In this document: in pieces, positions 1 through 10,323 of the stretch
Layout of the letters: every line of letters starts with the position of its first letter
Position numbering within the stretch: position 1 is the stretch's first letter
Assembly: GCA_029856145.1 (NCBI GenBank)
Contig: JAHQWK010000008.1
Span: 96,001 to 160,000 of the forward strand
Source of the DNA: Promethearchaeia archaeon
GTDB taxonomy: Archaea > Asgardarchaeota > Lokiarchaeia > Sigyniarchaeales > SOKP01
Direction: 5' to 3'
Length of the DNA: 64,000 nt
The notes under the pieces: generated by a model
Told to the model about the DNA's origin: nothing
The model's input: the letters and a program-made list of their open reading frames with translations, nothing else
Database searches by the model: none
Program-made: the position numbers and the translations under genes

Positions 1-45
1 TAACAGATAATTTAGAAAAGGGAATGTTTTTCGATTTAATATAAG

Positions 46-585
46 GTGTTAAACATAGAAGAGAAGCTAGCGTTCAAATTGTGCATATTTGGCACGGGAG
101 GTGTTGGTAAGACAACGCTAATAAGAAGATTTATGACAAAGATATTTGAGGAAGATATAAAGATGACAATCGGTGCAGATTTTAGCATTAAAAACGTAAA
201 ACTTGATGATAGAACTGTAACACTTCGGATATGGGATTTTGCGGGAGAAGAACGTTTCAGAGTGCTTTTACCTAGCTTTGCTAAAGGAGCAGACGGAGGT
301 ATTTTCATGTTTGACACAACTAGATATTCAAGTATACGAGATATTGATGATTGGCTCGCTATTTTTGAATATTTTATCTCTGAATCAAAAGCAACAATAC
401 CTATTATTATGGTTGGAGGAAAAATAGATCTTGTAGATAAGAAATCTATAGAAACCGAAGAAGCCATGGAATTATCGAATAAATATGGTTTATATGGCTA
501 TTTTGAGTGTTCTTCTAAGACAGGAGAAAATATAGAAGAAATTTTCAAATTTATTGCAAATAAGATGATTGAACGTTCAAAATAA
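46..585 (+). CDS. Rab-like small GTPase (Ras superfamily)
   Basis: G1 GTGGVGKT, G2 TIGADF, G3 WDFAGEERF, G4 GGKID, G5 ECSSKTG; no C-terminal prenylation cysteines; GTG start. Confidence 0.95.
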   Translation: MLNIEEKLAFKLCIFGTGGVGKTTLIRRFMTKIFEEDIKMTIGADFSIKNVKLDDRTVTLRIWDFAGEERFRVLLPSFAKGADGGIFMFDTTRYSSIRDIDDWLAIFEYFISESKATIPIIMVGGKIDLVDKKSIETEEAMELSNKYGLYGYFECSSKTGENIEEIFKFIANKMIERSK

Positions 586-656
586 GGTTATAACCATTTA
601 GTAAAAGGAATAAACTCAAAAATATCATTAATATAATAAGATATAATATAATTTTT

Positions 657-1187
657 TTATGTTCTTTTAATAACTTTTACCAATCCTTTTTTTCTGAGCT
701 CTTCCATCATTTTTTCTATTTCATCTGTACTTATCTGTGCTATCTCCGCAACTTGTTCAATAGTATTCATTCCATCGCATATTTTTAGTACTTTGAATTG
801 TTCTTTATTTAGCATTCCTAATTGTACGGCCATAGGTGAAATATCTTTTACAACGATAGGAATTCTAATTTCAGTTCCTTCTTGAATAGCTTCTGCTCCA
901 ATTTCTTCTGTGGTAGGAGACTCTCCAAAAAAGGATTTAACCCCTGTTACATCAAAACTATCATTTATATAGACATAAATCGTGTGTTCTTGTCCAGAAA
1001 GGTCATCAAGATCTTCTGGATCAGGAATTTGGTTGGAATGTTTGAATTCTTTGGTGTAGATACCCATTTTTAATCCGTCGATAATTTCTTTCTTATCGAC
1101 CCTTAAAGCAACCATATCCTCACATATATCGCACCATGCCCATGCTTCTATTAATGAGAAATATTTCTTTACTTTATTTTCTGGCAT
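657..1187 (-). CDS. Hypothetical protein with N-terminal CxxC/His putative metal site and C-terminal winged helix
   Basis: WCDIC plus two downstream His; C-terminal pattern VLKICDGMNTIEQVAEIAQISTDEIEKMMEELRKKGLV. Confidence 0.7.
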   Translation of the reverse strand: MPENKVKKYFSLIEAWAWCDICEDMVALRVDKKEIIDGLKMGIYTKEFKHSNQIPDPEDLDDLSGQEHTIYVYINDSFDVTGVKSFFGESPTTEEIGAEAIQEGTEIRIPIVVKDISPMAVQLGMLNKEQFKVLKICDGMNTIEQVAEIAQISTDEIEKMMEELRKKGLVKVIKRT

Positions 1188-1417
1188 CTCAGTTCTCTTT
1201 ATAAATTAGTTCTATGCAAATTAAGATGTTTATCAATTAAAAATTTAATTTACTTGTTTGTTCTATAATGAATAAATCAATTTAAATCAACCAGTAAATC
1301 AATTAAAAGAACATAATTTTTATCTAATCGGCGCAATTTTAAAACCAAAAATAATTAAAGTTATAATATATTCTATTATCTAAGTTTCGATTTTGATAAT
1401 GTACAGAGGATATATCA

Positions 1418-1594
1418 ATGACAACATACAAACGCAATGTTTGCTTTGGCTGTGGACGTCCTATAACACCGTATGAAGCAGCAGTTCATTTTCCATGTCC
1501 TTCCTGTGGAGACGTAACAATTTGGCGATGTGAGCGCTGCAGGGAAATGGGAAAAGAGTATCGTTGTTTGAAATGTGAATTTTCTGGGCCTTAA
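1418..1594 (+). CDS. Small Zn-ribbon protein (COG2888/HVO_2753-like), 58 aa, absent from the ORF track
   Basis: Hand translation MTTYKRNVCFGCGRPITPYEAAVHFPCPSCGDVTIWRCERCREMGKEYRCLKCEFSGP*; four CxxC motifs; GAGG upstream; conserved archaeal position before EF-1beta. Confidence 0.92.
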   Translation: MTTYKRNVCFGCGRPITPYEAAVHFPCPSCGDVTIWRCERCREMGKEYRCLKCEFSGP

Positions 1595-1619
1595 AATGAA
1601 TATTAAGGGTGAGTCTTTA

Positions 1620-1886
1620 ATGGGAGAATTTGTTGCACTAATTGATGTTGTTCCAGAGGATACTGATATAAATTTTGAAGGTTTTGTTGGGAAGCTGAAA
1701 GATGTATTGCCTGATACTTGTTTTATTGAACATTATGAGATATTACCTGTTGCATTTGGTTTGAAGAAAGCGAGAGTAAGAGTAAGATATCCAGAAGACT
1801 GGGGTGGAACAGATAAACTCGAAGAATTATTTAAGCAAGTTGATGGGATACAAGGTATTGAAGGTATTGCTTTCTCAAAAGCTTAA
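1620..1886 (+). CDS. ef1b: Archaeal translation elongation factor 1-beta
   Basis: PVAFGLK and GGTDKLEE motifs; start moved to the ATG at 1620, which follows a GGTGAG Shine-Dalgarno (the track start at 1575 overlaps the Zn-ribbon gene). Confidence 0.9.
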   Translation: MGEFVALIDVVPEDTDINFEGFVGKLKDVLPDTCFIEHYEILPVAFGLKKARVRVRYPEDWGGTDKLEELFKQVDGIQGIEGIAFSKA

Positions 1887-1920
1887 AAAATGAGCCATTA
1901 TACCTAATTTAAAATAAAAA

Positions 1921-2478
1921 TTATCTTGTTTTTAGAAATCTTTGTAGATCATCTACAAGATCCTTTTCTTCCTTTTCATCCACACCTTCCTTCTCAAGAT
2001 CTTCTCTTATTGAGGAAGAATATTTTATCCATTCTCGTTTATCCTTCATAATAAGTTCCTGAACCAAGGGAATTGACTCGAAATCCGGAAATTCTTCATA
2101 TTTTTTCTGAAAGTTTTTTACAATCGCATGAGCTTTTTCAATATTTTCTAATTCAATTAATTTATCATAATTTTCTAGTATTTTTGTAGCAGTATTCTTA
2201 ATTTCTGAAAGTTGGTATTTTTTTTGAAGTTTATCAGCAATAATATTAATAAATTTTTCTTGTTCCTTTACATACGATTGTAGATCTACTTGAACTGCTA
2301 ATTTAATTATTTTTTCTGCATAGTCAATTGCTTCAGAATAATTACCACTTAAATAGCTATTTTGTGCTAAGGATTTTAACTCTTCAATCTTAGAATTTAT
2401 TTCAAACCTGCGATCTATTTCAGAAATATCCACTTTCTTTTTTTCTGTTTTCTTTTCTTTTTTATCTTTTTTTTTCAT
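1921..2478 (-). CDS. Hypothetical helical (TPR-like) protein with Lys-rich N-terminus
   Basis: 185-aa ORF with AQNSYLSGNYSEAIDYAEKII helix-pair pattern. Confidence 0.55.
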   Translation of the reverse strand: MKKKDKKEKKTEKKKVDISEIDRRFEINSKIEELKSLAQNSYLSGNYSEAIDYAEKIIKLAVQVDLQSYVKEQEKFINIIADKLQKKYQLSEIKNTATKILENYDKLIELENIEKAHAIVKNFQKKYEEFPDFESIPLVQELIMKDKREWIKYSSSIREDLEKEGVDEKEEKDLVDDLQRFLKTR

Positions 2479-2528
2479 TTTACATACTCACTTTTTATCT
2501 CGAATTTTATTTTAAACTGCTTATTATT

Positions 2529-4394
2529 TCAAACTATTCTCTTAAATAATTTATCTAATTCCTTAAAAGAAAAAAATCTTAAGGTTGGTCTTCCATGAGC
2601 ACAATGATAAGAATCTTTGCATTTCCCTAATTCAACTAATAATTTCCTTATATCTTTTAAGGAGAGTTCATCTCCTCCTCTAATACTTTTATGGCATGAC
2701 AAATAATTGATTATTTCTTTTTTGACTTCTTTAAAACTTTTATCTTTTCCTATTTTCGATATGTCGCTGATAATTTCTTTTATGATATTTATTTTTGGTA
2801 CTTTCCCCATGATGGTGGGTATTTCTCTTAAAATGAACGTATTTCCTCCAAAGTGCTCGAAATTAAATCCTAATTTTTTAATTTCATGTAGATTAGCCTC
2901 TAAAAATATTTTCTCACTAGGAGATACATCAATTTTCAAAGCAGATATTAATTTCTGTTTACCCATTTTTGAAGTTTCATATGCTTTTAGAAACTTTTCT
3001 TTATTTATTCTTTCGCTAGCTGCGTGCTGGTCTAAAATAAATAATCCTTCATCATTATTTTCGTTGATCCCCTCTAAAACAATATATGTATTATTACTTA
3101 ATTGACCCGTATGAGAGATTAGTCGTAGTTTTGGAAAATTATTGGCAATTATATATTTTCTTCGTAAAAAAGTTTCAGGCGGAAGTAGCTGATTTGATTT
3201 GTTTTCAATTATTTGATCTTCTAAGCTTAATTGAACGCTTTCTTCGGGAATAAAAAGTTGTTCTTGGGCTTTTTCTTCATCTTCAAGTTCTCCTTCAGGA
3301 ATTTCTTTTATTAGTTTTATAAAATTTTTTGATAATTTCTCTTCTTTCGGTATAAAAACCTCTAATTCAGTAGATAAATATTTTGCCTCCTTGAATATGA
3401 ATTTATCTTCTACAAAACTCTGGATCACATTATATACTTTGTTATAAATAGTATCTTCTCTCTCAAATCTCACATGAAGTTTCTTTGGATGAACATTAAA
3501 ATCAATCACAGAAGGGTCAAGCTCAAGAAAAACAATGAAAAAAGGGTATTTACTTACCATTAATGTTCCTTCATACGCTTCACTAATAGCTCTAAATAAT
3601 ACATCACTAATGATATAGCGCCGATTTATAAATAAGCTTGAGTAAGCTCTGTTTTTTTTAGAAATTTGAGGATGTCCTAATAAACCCTTTATTTGGAATT
3701 TAGTCTCATCTTCTTTGAAATCAAATGGTTCCATAAATTTCGCAATCTTTTTTCCATATATATGAAATACCGTCGTTTTTAAATCATTCGAGGCGGGGCA
3801 ATTGATTATATCTAACTCATTATGACGATATATGAAATGGAGTTCTGGGTATGCTAAAGAATATCTCTGGACAATATCTGTAATATGACTCAATTCTGTT
3901 GCATCAGTCTTAAGAAATTTTTGCCTTGCTGGAAGGTTATAAAAAATATTTTTGACTTGAATTTTTGTCCCAATTGGACAAGAAATTTTTTTCTTCTCTA
4001 CAATTTTTCCTCCTTCAATACATAAGTGCACCCCTTTCTCTTCAGACTCAACTCTAGAGATAATTTCAACCATACTTACAGCTGCAATACTTGCTAGTGC
4101 TTCTCCTCTAAAGCCTAAAGTAGAAAGATCCTCTAAATCTTTGATACTTCTAATTTTACTACTTGTATGTCTTTCAAAAGCCTTTTCGATATCTTCAGAG
4201 GGAATCCCAATACCATTATCTATTACCTGGATTAAGGATTTTCCAGCTCTTTTCACAATAACTCTTATTTCTGATGCTTCTGCATCTATACTATTCTCAA
4301 TAAGCTCTTTTACAATATTAACAGGTCTGTCAACTACTTCTCCTGCCGCAATTTTCGATGCCTCAATAATTTTCTTAATTTTCCTTACTTTCAA
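2529..4394 (-). CDS. mutL: DNA mismatch repair endonuclease MutL
   Basis: IAAGEVV, KELIENSIDA, DNGIG, TLGFRGEAL ATPase motifs; endonuclease motifs DQHAASERI, SCH, CAHGRP. Confidence 0.97.
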   Translation of the reverse strand: MKVRKIKKIIEASKIAAGEVVDRPVNIVKELIENSIDAEASEIRVIVKRAGKSLIQVIDNGIGIPSEDIEKAFERHTSSKIRSIKDLEDLSTLGFRGEALASIAAVSMVEIISRVESEEKGVHLCIEGGKIVEKKKISCPIGTKIQVKNIFYNLPARQKFLKTDATELSHITDIVQRYSLAYPELHFIYRHNELDIINCPASNDLKTTVFHIYGKKIAKFMEPFDFKEDETKFQIKGLLGHPQISKKNRAYSSLFINRRYIISDVLFRAISEAYEGTLMVSKYPFFIVFLELDPSVIDFNVHPKKLHVRFEREDTIYNKVYNVIQSFVEDKFIFKEAKYLSTELEVFIPKEEKLSKNFIKLIKEIPEGELEDEEKAQEQLFIPEESVQLSLEDQIIENKSNQLLPPETFLRRKYIIANNFPKLRLISHTGQLSNNTYIVLEGINENNDEGLFILDQHAASERINKEKFLKAYETSKMGKQKLISALKIDVSPSEKIFLEANLHEIKKLGFNFEHFGGNTFILREIPTIMGKVPKINIIKEIISDISKIGKDKSFKEVKKEIINYLSCHKSIRGGDELSLKDIRKLLVELGKCKDSYHCAHGRPTLRFFSFKELDKLFKRIV

Positions 4395-4603
4395 AATTTT
4401 CTAACAATTTTCAGAATTTTTTTCAATGATAAGATAAGATTTTCAAGCTAATATATTTCTCATTACAATCAAATTTAAAATAGTACACTATTAAAGTTTA
4501 AATAAATTTAGATCTAAGAGTGTTTCTATTTTAACTATTAAATCGAAGATAAGTCTTTTAAATTTCTTTTAATACTTTATTATAATTCTATTGAGTGTAA
4601 ATT

Positions 4604-5533
4604 ATGAGTATTCAAAATACAATGAAACAAGAGGAAAAATCTTCAATTCATTTGTATTTTATATATTTATTCGTAATTATCACAATTACTCTCATTATTT
4701 TAAGAATATTTCTATATTTCTTTGAAATATCTGAATGGATACAAGACACTAAGGATCTTGATTTTAAAATTCTTATTGAGGGCATGGATAATGGTTTGAT
4801 TGATTTTTATAACCCAGTTGCTATTTCAGATTGGCCTCCTTATTATCTTTATTTTTGGTATTTTATATTTTATCCCATTTATATAATACCTTTCAATAGC
4901 ATAATAGGAGTTTATGTTTGGGATATTTTACGATTGGTATTAACAATTTTAATTATTAGAGAATCACCAAAAGTCTTTAAGAATAGAAAAGATTTACTTA
5001 TTTTTTATATATTGAGTATTATCGGCTATAACATAGACGCATATTATAACAATGTCAATTTTTTAATCTCATTCTTTCTATTTTATTCGTTTGTGTTTTT
5101 GGAAAAAGATAAAAAATGGATTTCTGGTATATTGTTCACACTTTCTACGTTTAAAATAACAGCATTACTATTTCTTCCCGTTTTACTTATTGCTAGAAAA
5201 ATAAAGTGGAAAGATCTTCTCTATTATTTGGTTCCTTTTTTAATTATATGTGTTCCCTATATAATTTTCCCTAATTATTTCTTGCAAATGTTCAGTAATT
5301 GGCTTCATAGTGACCAGGGAATTCAGGGGATATTGATTTTCGATTCAATAATGTGGAAGGCTTTACAGCCCTCACATTTAATGTTTATTGGCTTATTATT
5401 GATAATATTTTTAGAGAATATAAAAAATGAAGATCGAAAAAATTTATACCGGCTTATCCTTGTCTCAATAATAACATTATATTACGTTTATTTAACCACT
5501 ATAGTCTTTATTATTCCCATTGTTCTTGGCTAG
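4604..5533 (+). CDS. Polytopic membrane protein, probable GT-C fold (GT87/DUF2029-like) glycosyltransferase
   Basis: Many hydrophobic segments; PPYYLYFW, NNVN and GILFTLSTFK patterns. Confidence 0.55.
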   Translation: MSIQNTMKQEEKSSIHLYFIYLFVIITITLIILRIFLYFFEISEWIQDTKDLDFKILIEGMDNGLIDFYNPVAISDWPPYYLYFWYFIFYPIYIIPFNSIIGVYVWDILRLVLTILIIRESPKVFKNRKDLLIFYILSIIGYNIDAYYNNVNFLISFFLFYSFVFLEKDKKWISGILFTLSTFKITALLFLPVLLIARKIKWKDLLYYLVPFLIICVPYIIFPNYFLQMFSNWLHSDQGIQGILIFDSIMWKALQPSHLMFIGLLLIIFLENIKNEDRKNLYRLILVSIITLYYVYLTTIVFIIPIVLG

Positions 5534-8385
5534 CCGAGTTTTTCTATTTTATTTTTTAGTTCAAATAATTGTTCTTTTATTTTTTCTGGAATATCTGATT
5601 TTAAATCAATTTTATTAATGAAATTGAGTAAATCTGTAATTTTTTCTTTATTTCTAATAGGTTCAAATAAACTTGTCTGAACATACTTTTTCTTTTTAGG
5701 AATTTTAACGTTTTTAGTCTCAATATCCATTTCTAATACTTTAATTTCTCTCTTTCTTTTTCCAAGATCTTTTTCTGTTCTACTTAGATCTTCACTACAT
5801 TCGCTCAGTAGTTCTTTAACATTTTTTAACTCAGAGTTTAATTTTTCAAGCTCAACCTTTTTTCCATTAATAATTTTATCATGATACTTACTTAATGATG
5901 CTACTTCACCATTTTCTCTCACAGTTGTTCTAAAAGGGTCTTTTTCTTCTATTTGTTCAAGAATTTCAAATGCTCTTATTATCACATCATCAGGAATCCC
6001 TGCTAATTTCGCCACATGGATACCATAGGATTTATCTGTACTCCCTTGTTTTAATGTTCTGACAAAATTGATACTCCCATCCTCATTTTCAATAATATCT
6101 AAATGATAATTTTTAACGCCTGGTAGATTAATCTCTGTTAATTGATGATAGTGGGTGCTGAATAAAGTTTTGACTTTTAATTCATGCAATTTTTCAAGAG
6201 TAGCCATTGCAATACTCTGTCCATCACTAGTACTAGTCCCCCTCCCTAATTCGTCTATGATTATAAGACTTTTTGGTGTAGCATAATTTAGAATTTTAGC
6301 TGTTTCAGTCATTTCAATCATAAAAGTACTCAATTTTCTAGCAAGATCATCTGAAGCTCCTATTCGAGTGAAGATTTGATCAATTATTCCAATTGTGGCA
6401 GATTTAGCTGGAACAAAACATCCCATTTGCGCGATAATACATATTAATGCTACTTGTCTAAGATATGTGCTTTTACCTGCCATATTTGGACCAGTAATAA
6501 TTAATAATTGGTCGTTTTCATTATCTAAGTAACAATCATTAGGTATAAATTGTTCATCTATATTTATTTGCTCAACTACGGGATGTCTACCTGCTTTAAT
6601 TAGAATTTTATTATCCTTATTTATCTTAGGTCTACAATAATTATATCGTTCTGCAATTTCAGCAAAACATGCAAGAACATCAATGATTGCGATATTTTGT
6701 GCAGTTTCAAGGACATTTTTAGTTTCTTTTTCAACATTTTCTCGAATAGTATTGAAAATTTCATATTCTAAATCATTGATTTTTTCTTCTGCATTAACAA
6801 TTTTTTCTTCAAGTTCTTTTAATCTTTCAGTTGTATATCTTTTAGCATTTTTTAGGGTTGCTCTCTCAACATATTCTTCAGGGACATTTCGGATAATCTT
6901 AAGCGTTCTTAATGTAATTTCGATATAATAACCAAGGATATTATTAAATCCAACTTTTAATCCTGTTGTTAAGTTCCACTTATTTTTTTGCTCTTGTTCA
7001 TATGCAAGTACATATTTTTTACCGTTATGAATTATATCTCGAAGTTCATCAACATCATTGTTAAACCCATCCTTAATAATATTACCTTCCCTAATAGTAG
7101 TTGGGGGATTATCTTTAATTGATATATTTATTAAGTCTTTTATTTCACTGAAAGTTTTAATATTTTCAATAAAATTTGAAATTTCTGGAATATCTGCCTT
7201 TTCTAATAATTCTTTGATTATTGGAACTTTTTCTAAAGAGTTTTTAATATTTATTAAATCTCGAGCATTTGTGCGACCTGTATAATTAATCCTATTAATA
7301 AACCTTTCGAGATCACCTATTATTCCTAACTCTTCCCTTAAATCAGATCTTAAAAAGATATCGTCCTTAAACTTTTGAATTATATTTAGTCTCTGATTTA
7401 TTTCTTCAATATCAGTTAGAGGTTGGAGAATAAACTTCTTTAATAAACGAGCACCCATAGGTGTTCGCGTATGGTTAAAAATAGAATACAAGGTAGCATC
7501 TTTTCCTCTTTCCCATAAAGAATTAATTAGCTCTAAATTCCTTTGTGTAATATAGTCCAAGTGGAGTATGTTATTTTCTTGGATGACTTTTATTTTAAAA
7601 ATGTTTGGAATTACATCTCGTTGGGTGTCTTTTAAAAATGCTAAAAGCCCTCCAGCTGCTTGAACTGCCATTTTTTTATCTTCTAATCCATAACTTTTTA
7701 AATTTGAAATTTTAAAATGACGAGAAATTAATGTGTGAGCCTCCTCATATAAAAAGACATGTTCTTCATAGGATTTAATGATAGCTTTTGTTAAATCCGC
7801 TAATATGATAAAAAGTCTCTCATCTTTTTTCAGTTCAGGTGGAATAATTAATTCTACAGGATCATATTGAGAAAATAAACTTAGTAATTTTTCCTGTGGA
7901 TCTTGCTCTTTGTTTGAAAATTCAGTTGCTACAAAGTCTCCTGTAGATATATCTGCGAAAGCAACACCGAATCCACTTCTCTCTTTTACCATAGAGGCAA
8001 TATAATTATTCTCATTGGATTTTAACAAGTTTGGTTCTATAATTGTTCCTGGAGAAAGTATCCGAGTAACTCCTCGTTTGACAATTCTTCCCTTTACTGT
8101 TGCTGGATCTTCTAATTGATCAACTATAACTACAGTTTGATTAAGATTCATAAGATTATTGAAGTAATTATGACCAGCGTGATGTGGAATTCCCGCTAAA
8201 GGGACATCTCCCCTTTTTGTTAATGTTATACCTAAAAGTTTTGAAATTCTTTCAGCGTCATTAAAAAAGAATTCATAAAAGTCACCCATACGGTATGAAA
8301 TGAGGAAATCTGAAGGAAACCTTTTACGAATTGAGTACCAATGTTTTAACATAGGAGTTAGTTTCTTTACGTTTATTTCCTCCAT
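5530..8385 (-). CDS. mutS: DNA mismatch repair protein MutS (MutS1)
   Basis: TPM, YRMGDFYEFF mismatch motif, Walker A TGPNMAGKST, STFMIEM, IIDELGRGT, STHYH, SYGIHVAKLAG; C-terminal coiled-coil extension. Confidence 0.97.
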   Translation of the reverse strand: MEEINVKKLTPMLKHWYSIRKRFPSDFLISYRMGDFYEFFFNDAERISKLLGITLTKRGDVPLAGIPHHAGHNYFNNLMNLNQTVVIVDQLEDPATVKGRIVKRGVTRILSPGTIIEPNLLKSNENNYIASMVKERSGFGVAFADISTGDFVATEFSNKEQDPQEKLLSLFSQYDPVELIIPPELKKDERLFIILADLTKAIIKSYEEHVFLYEEAHTLISRHFKISNLKSYGLEDKKMAVQAAGGLLAFLKDTQRDVIPNIFKIKVIQENNILHLDYITQRNLELINSLWERGKDATLYSIFNHTRTPMGARLLKKFILQPLTDIEEINQRLNIIQKFKDDIFLRSDLREELGIIGDLERFINRINYTGRTNARDLINIKNSLEKVPIIKELLEKADIPEISNFIENIKTFSEIKDLINISIKDNPPTTIREGNIIKDGFNNDVDELRDIIHNGKKYVLAYEQEQKNKWNLTTGLKVGFNNILGYYIEITLRTLKIIRNVPEEYVERATLKNAKRYTTERLKELEEKIVNAEEKINDLEYEIFNTIRENVEKETKNVLETAQNIAIIDVLACFAEIAERYNYCRPKINKDNKILIKAGRHPVVEQINIDEQFIPNDCYLDNENDQLLIITGPNMAGKSTYLRQVALICIIAQMGCFVPAKSATIGIIDQIFTRIGASDDLARKLSTFMIEMTETAKILNYATPKSLIIIDELGRGTSTSDGQSIAMATLEKLHELKVKTLFSTHYHQLTEINLPGVKNYHLDIIENEDGSINFVRTLKQGSTDKSYGIHVAKLAGIPDDVIIRAFEILEQIEEKDPFRTTVRENGEVASLSKYHDKIINGKKVELEKLNSELKNVKELLSECSEDLSRTEKDLGKRKREIKVLEMDIETKNVKIPKKKKYVQTSLFEPIRNKEKITDLLNFINKIDLKSDIPEKIKEQLFELKNKIEKLG

Positions 8386-8661
8386 AATTCACTCATTTGA
8401 AAGTTAAGTAAGAATAATAATCAATATAATCTATTATAACAGTAAATTTATATTAACTGCATTTGTTAAAATTTTAATAACAATTATAATGAAGATATTT
8501 AGATTTTTTATTATTTTTAAGAGGCCTCCAAAATACTAAGAAATCTAAAAAAAAATACTTTAGATTATTAAGACTATAAGGATAAAAATGATAGTATATA
8601 ATTTAATTAAATTCAATAAATAACGATGAACTTTTGCAATATTTATAACTTTATAAATATA

Positions 8662-9507
8662 TTATAAATGCTTCTCAAGCCATACATACATATCTTGGTA
8701 TACTTGGGCTCTACCTTTTTCATTCCATAATTCATGGAGAAAGCCATCATATTCTCGGAATAACTTATCTTTACTTCTGATTTGTTCGAAAAATTGTTTT
8801 GCCTTTTCTTTATCAACAATTTTATCATCACCAGCTTGCATAAGGAATATTGGACATAGTAGTTTTGATGCATTTTCCATTGCCCATTTTGAAAAATCAT
8901 CAATGTCAATAGCTGATTTTGCAGACATTACTTCTATTTTTTGTTTATCAGCAATATATTGTCTTAGTATTTTTAAATCGCTTGTTAATTGATTTTGATC
9001 AATGATATAGTCCAATATCTTATTAGGTGATAATTTACTAATAGTTTTTGATATAGATTTTATAACTTTTTTACCCATTGATAATTTTAAGAACATTCCT
9101 AATAATGGTGATGAGACCAGTACTCCTGGTAATTTAGGATGGTTTATAGCAAAAATTAAACTAATTAAACCACCAAAAGAATGACCCATTATAAATATTT
9201 TTTTATCTTGTGCAATTTTTTGGATGAAATCCATAAAAAGAAGAGTGTCCTTTAGGATATGATCTATACTATCTATATGTCCAGGCATATCCCCCGCATT
9301 TCTCCAATGCCCCCTTAAATCAAATGCATAAATAGCATATCCGTTTTCTGTAAGATTCTCCGCAACATTTTTTAATCTATCAGAATGAGTTCCCCATCCA
9401 TGAATTCCTATAATATATGCCTTAATTTTTCCGGAATCAGGTAACCAACATTGATAGAATAATTTTTTCAATTCTCTTCCTTCATAATACCCCGTCTCAT
9501 TTTTCAT
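8662..9507 (-). CDS. Alpha/beta hydrolase, lysophospholipase/monoacylglycerol lipase family
   Basis: HGWGTH, FDLRGH, nucleophile GHSFGG, C-terminal D...HEL. Confidence 0.88.
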   Translation of the reverse strand: MKNETGYYEGRELKKLFYQCWLPDSGKIKAYIIGIHGWGTHSDRLKNVAENLTENGYAIYAFDLRGHWRNAGDMPGHIDSIDHILKDTLLFMDFIQKIAQDKKIFIMGHSFGGLISLIFAINHPKLPGVLVSSPLLGMFLKLSMGKKVIKSISKTISKLSPNKILDYIIDQNQLTSDLKILRQYIADKQKIEVMSAKSAIDIDDFSKWAMENASKLLCPIFLMQAGDDKIVDKEKAKQFFEQIRSKDKLFREYDGFLHELWNEKGRAQVYQDMYVWLEKHL

Positions 9508-9715
9508 AATATCATCACATAGACTTTAGAATAGCTAATTATTGAGTTAATGATAAATTATAATCTCTTTTTCTTATAAATATTATTTCTTTTAATGAAT
9601 TGATAATTTAATTAACAATTTTTTTTATACTCCTTCAAGAAATTTAAAAAAATTTTATATTATTCGGTAAACTTCATAATAAATAATATTTATCCAATTT
9701 TCTTAGGTTTTAAAA

Positions 9716-10303
9716 ATGAGTGAAACAGAAAATATCGAAATCATTATCCATGGCAGGGGAGGTCAAGGTGCGGTAACCGCTTGTGAGATTATTGCAGAAG
9801 CCGCCTATTTAAGTGGAAATTTTGTTGATGTACATGCATATCCTTCATTTGGAGCGGAAAGACGAGGTGCTCCCGTTCAAGCATATACTAAACTGTCTCG
9901 AACAGATACTATATGGGATAGAGCACAAATAGAAAGTCCAAATGTCTTAATAATATTTGATGAAACTGTTTTAAATCAAGAAATTGCTTCTTCTCTCAGA
10001 CATGGTGGAATTTTTATTATTAATTCTGAAAAAGATCCAGAATTTTTTGTTAGTAAATTTAATTTAAGCGGGGATATAAAAATTGTTGTAGCAGATATAA
10101 GTCAACTAGCGATAGAGAAAGATCTAACTATTGATGGAAACCCAGTAATTAACACTCCCATTCTCGGTTTACTTTCAAAAGCATTACCCGATCTACATTT
10201 AGATAATTTAAAGTCTGTTGTTCTTAAACGAATGGGAGAAAAATTGGGTAAAATTAATTATGAATTAATCGAACAAGGATATAATTTAGCAAAAATTAAA
10301 TGA
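9716..10303 (+). CDS. porG: Pyruvate/2-oxoisovalerate:ferredoxin oxidoreductase gamma subunit
   Basis: HGRGGQGAVT and PSFGAERRGAPV. Confidence 0.93.
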   Translation: MSETENIEIIIHGRGGQGAVTACEIIAEAAYLSGNFVDVHAYPSFGAERRGAPVQAYTKLSRTDTIWDRAQIESPNVLIIFDETVLNQEIASSLRHGGIFIINSEKDPEFFVSKFNLSGDIKIVVADISQLAIEKDLTIDGNPVINTPILGLLSKALPDLHLDNLKSVVLKRMGEKLGKINYELIEQGYNLAKIK

Positions 10304-10323
10304 TCTCGCTATTTAGAGTGTAA

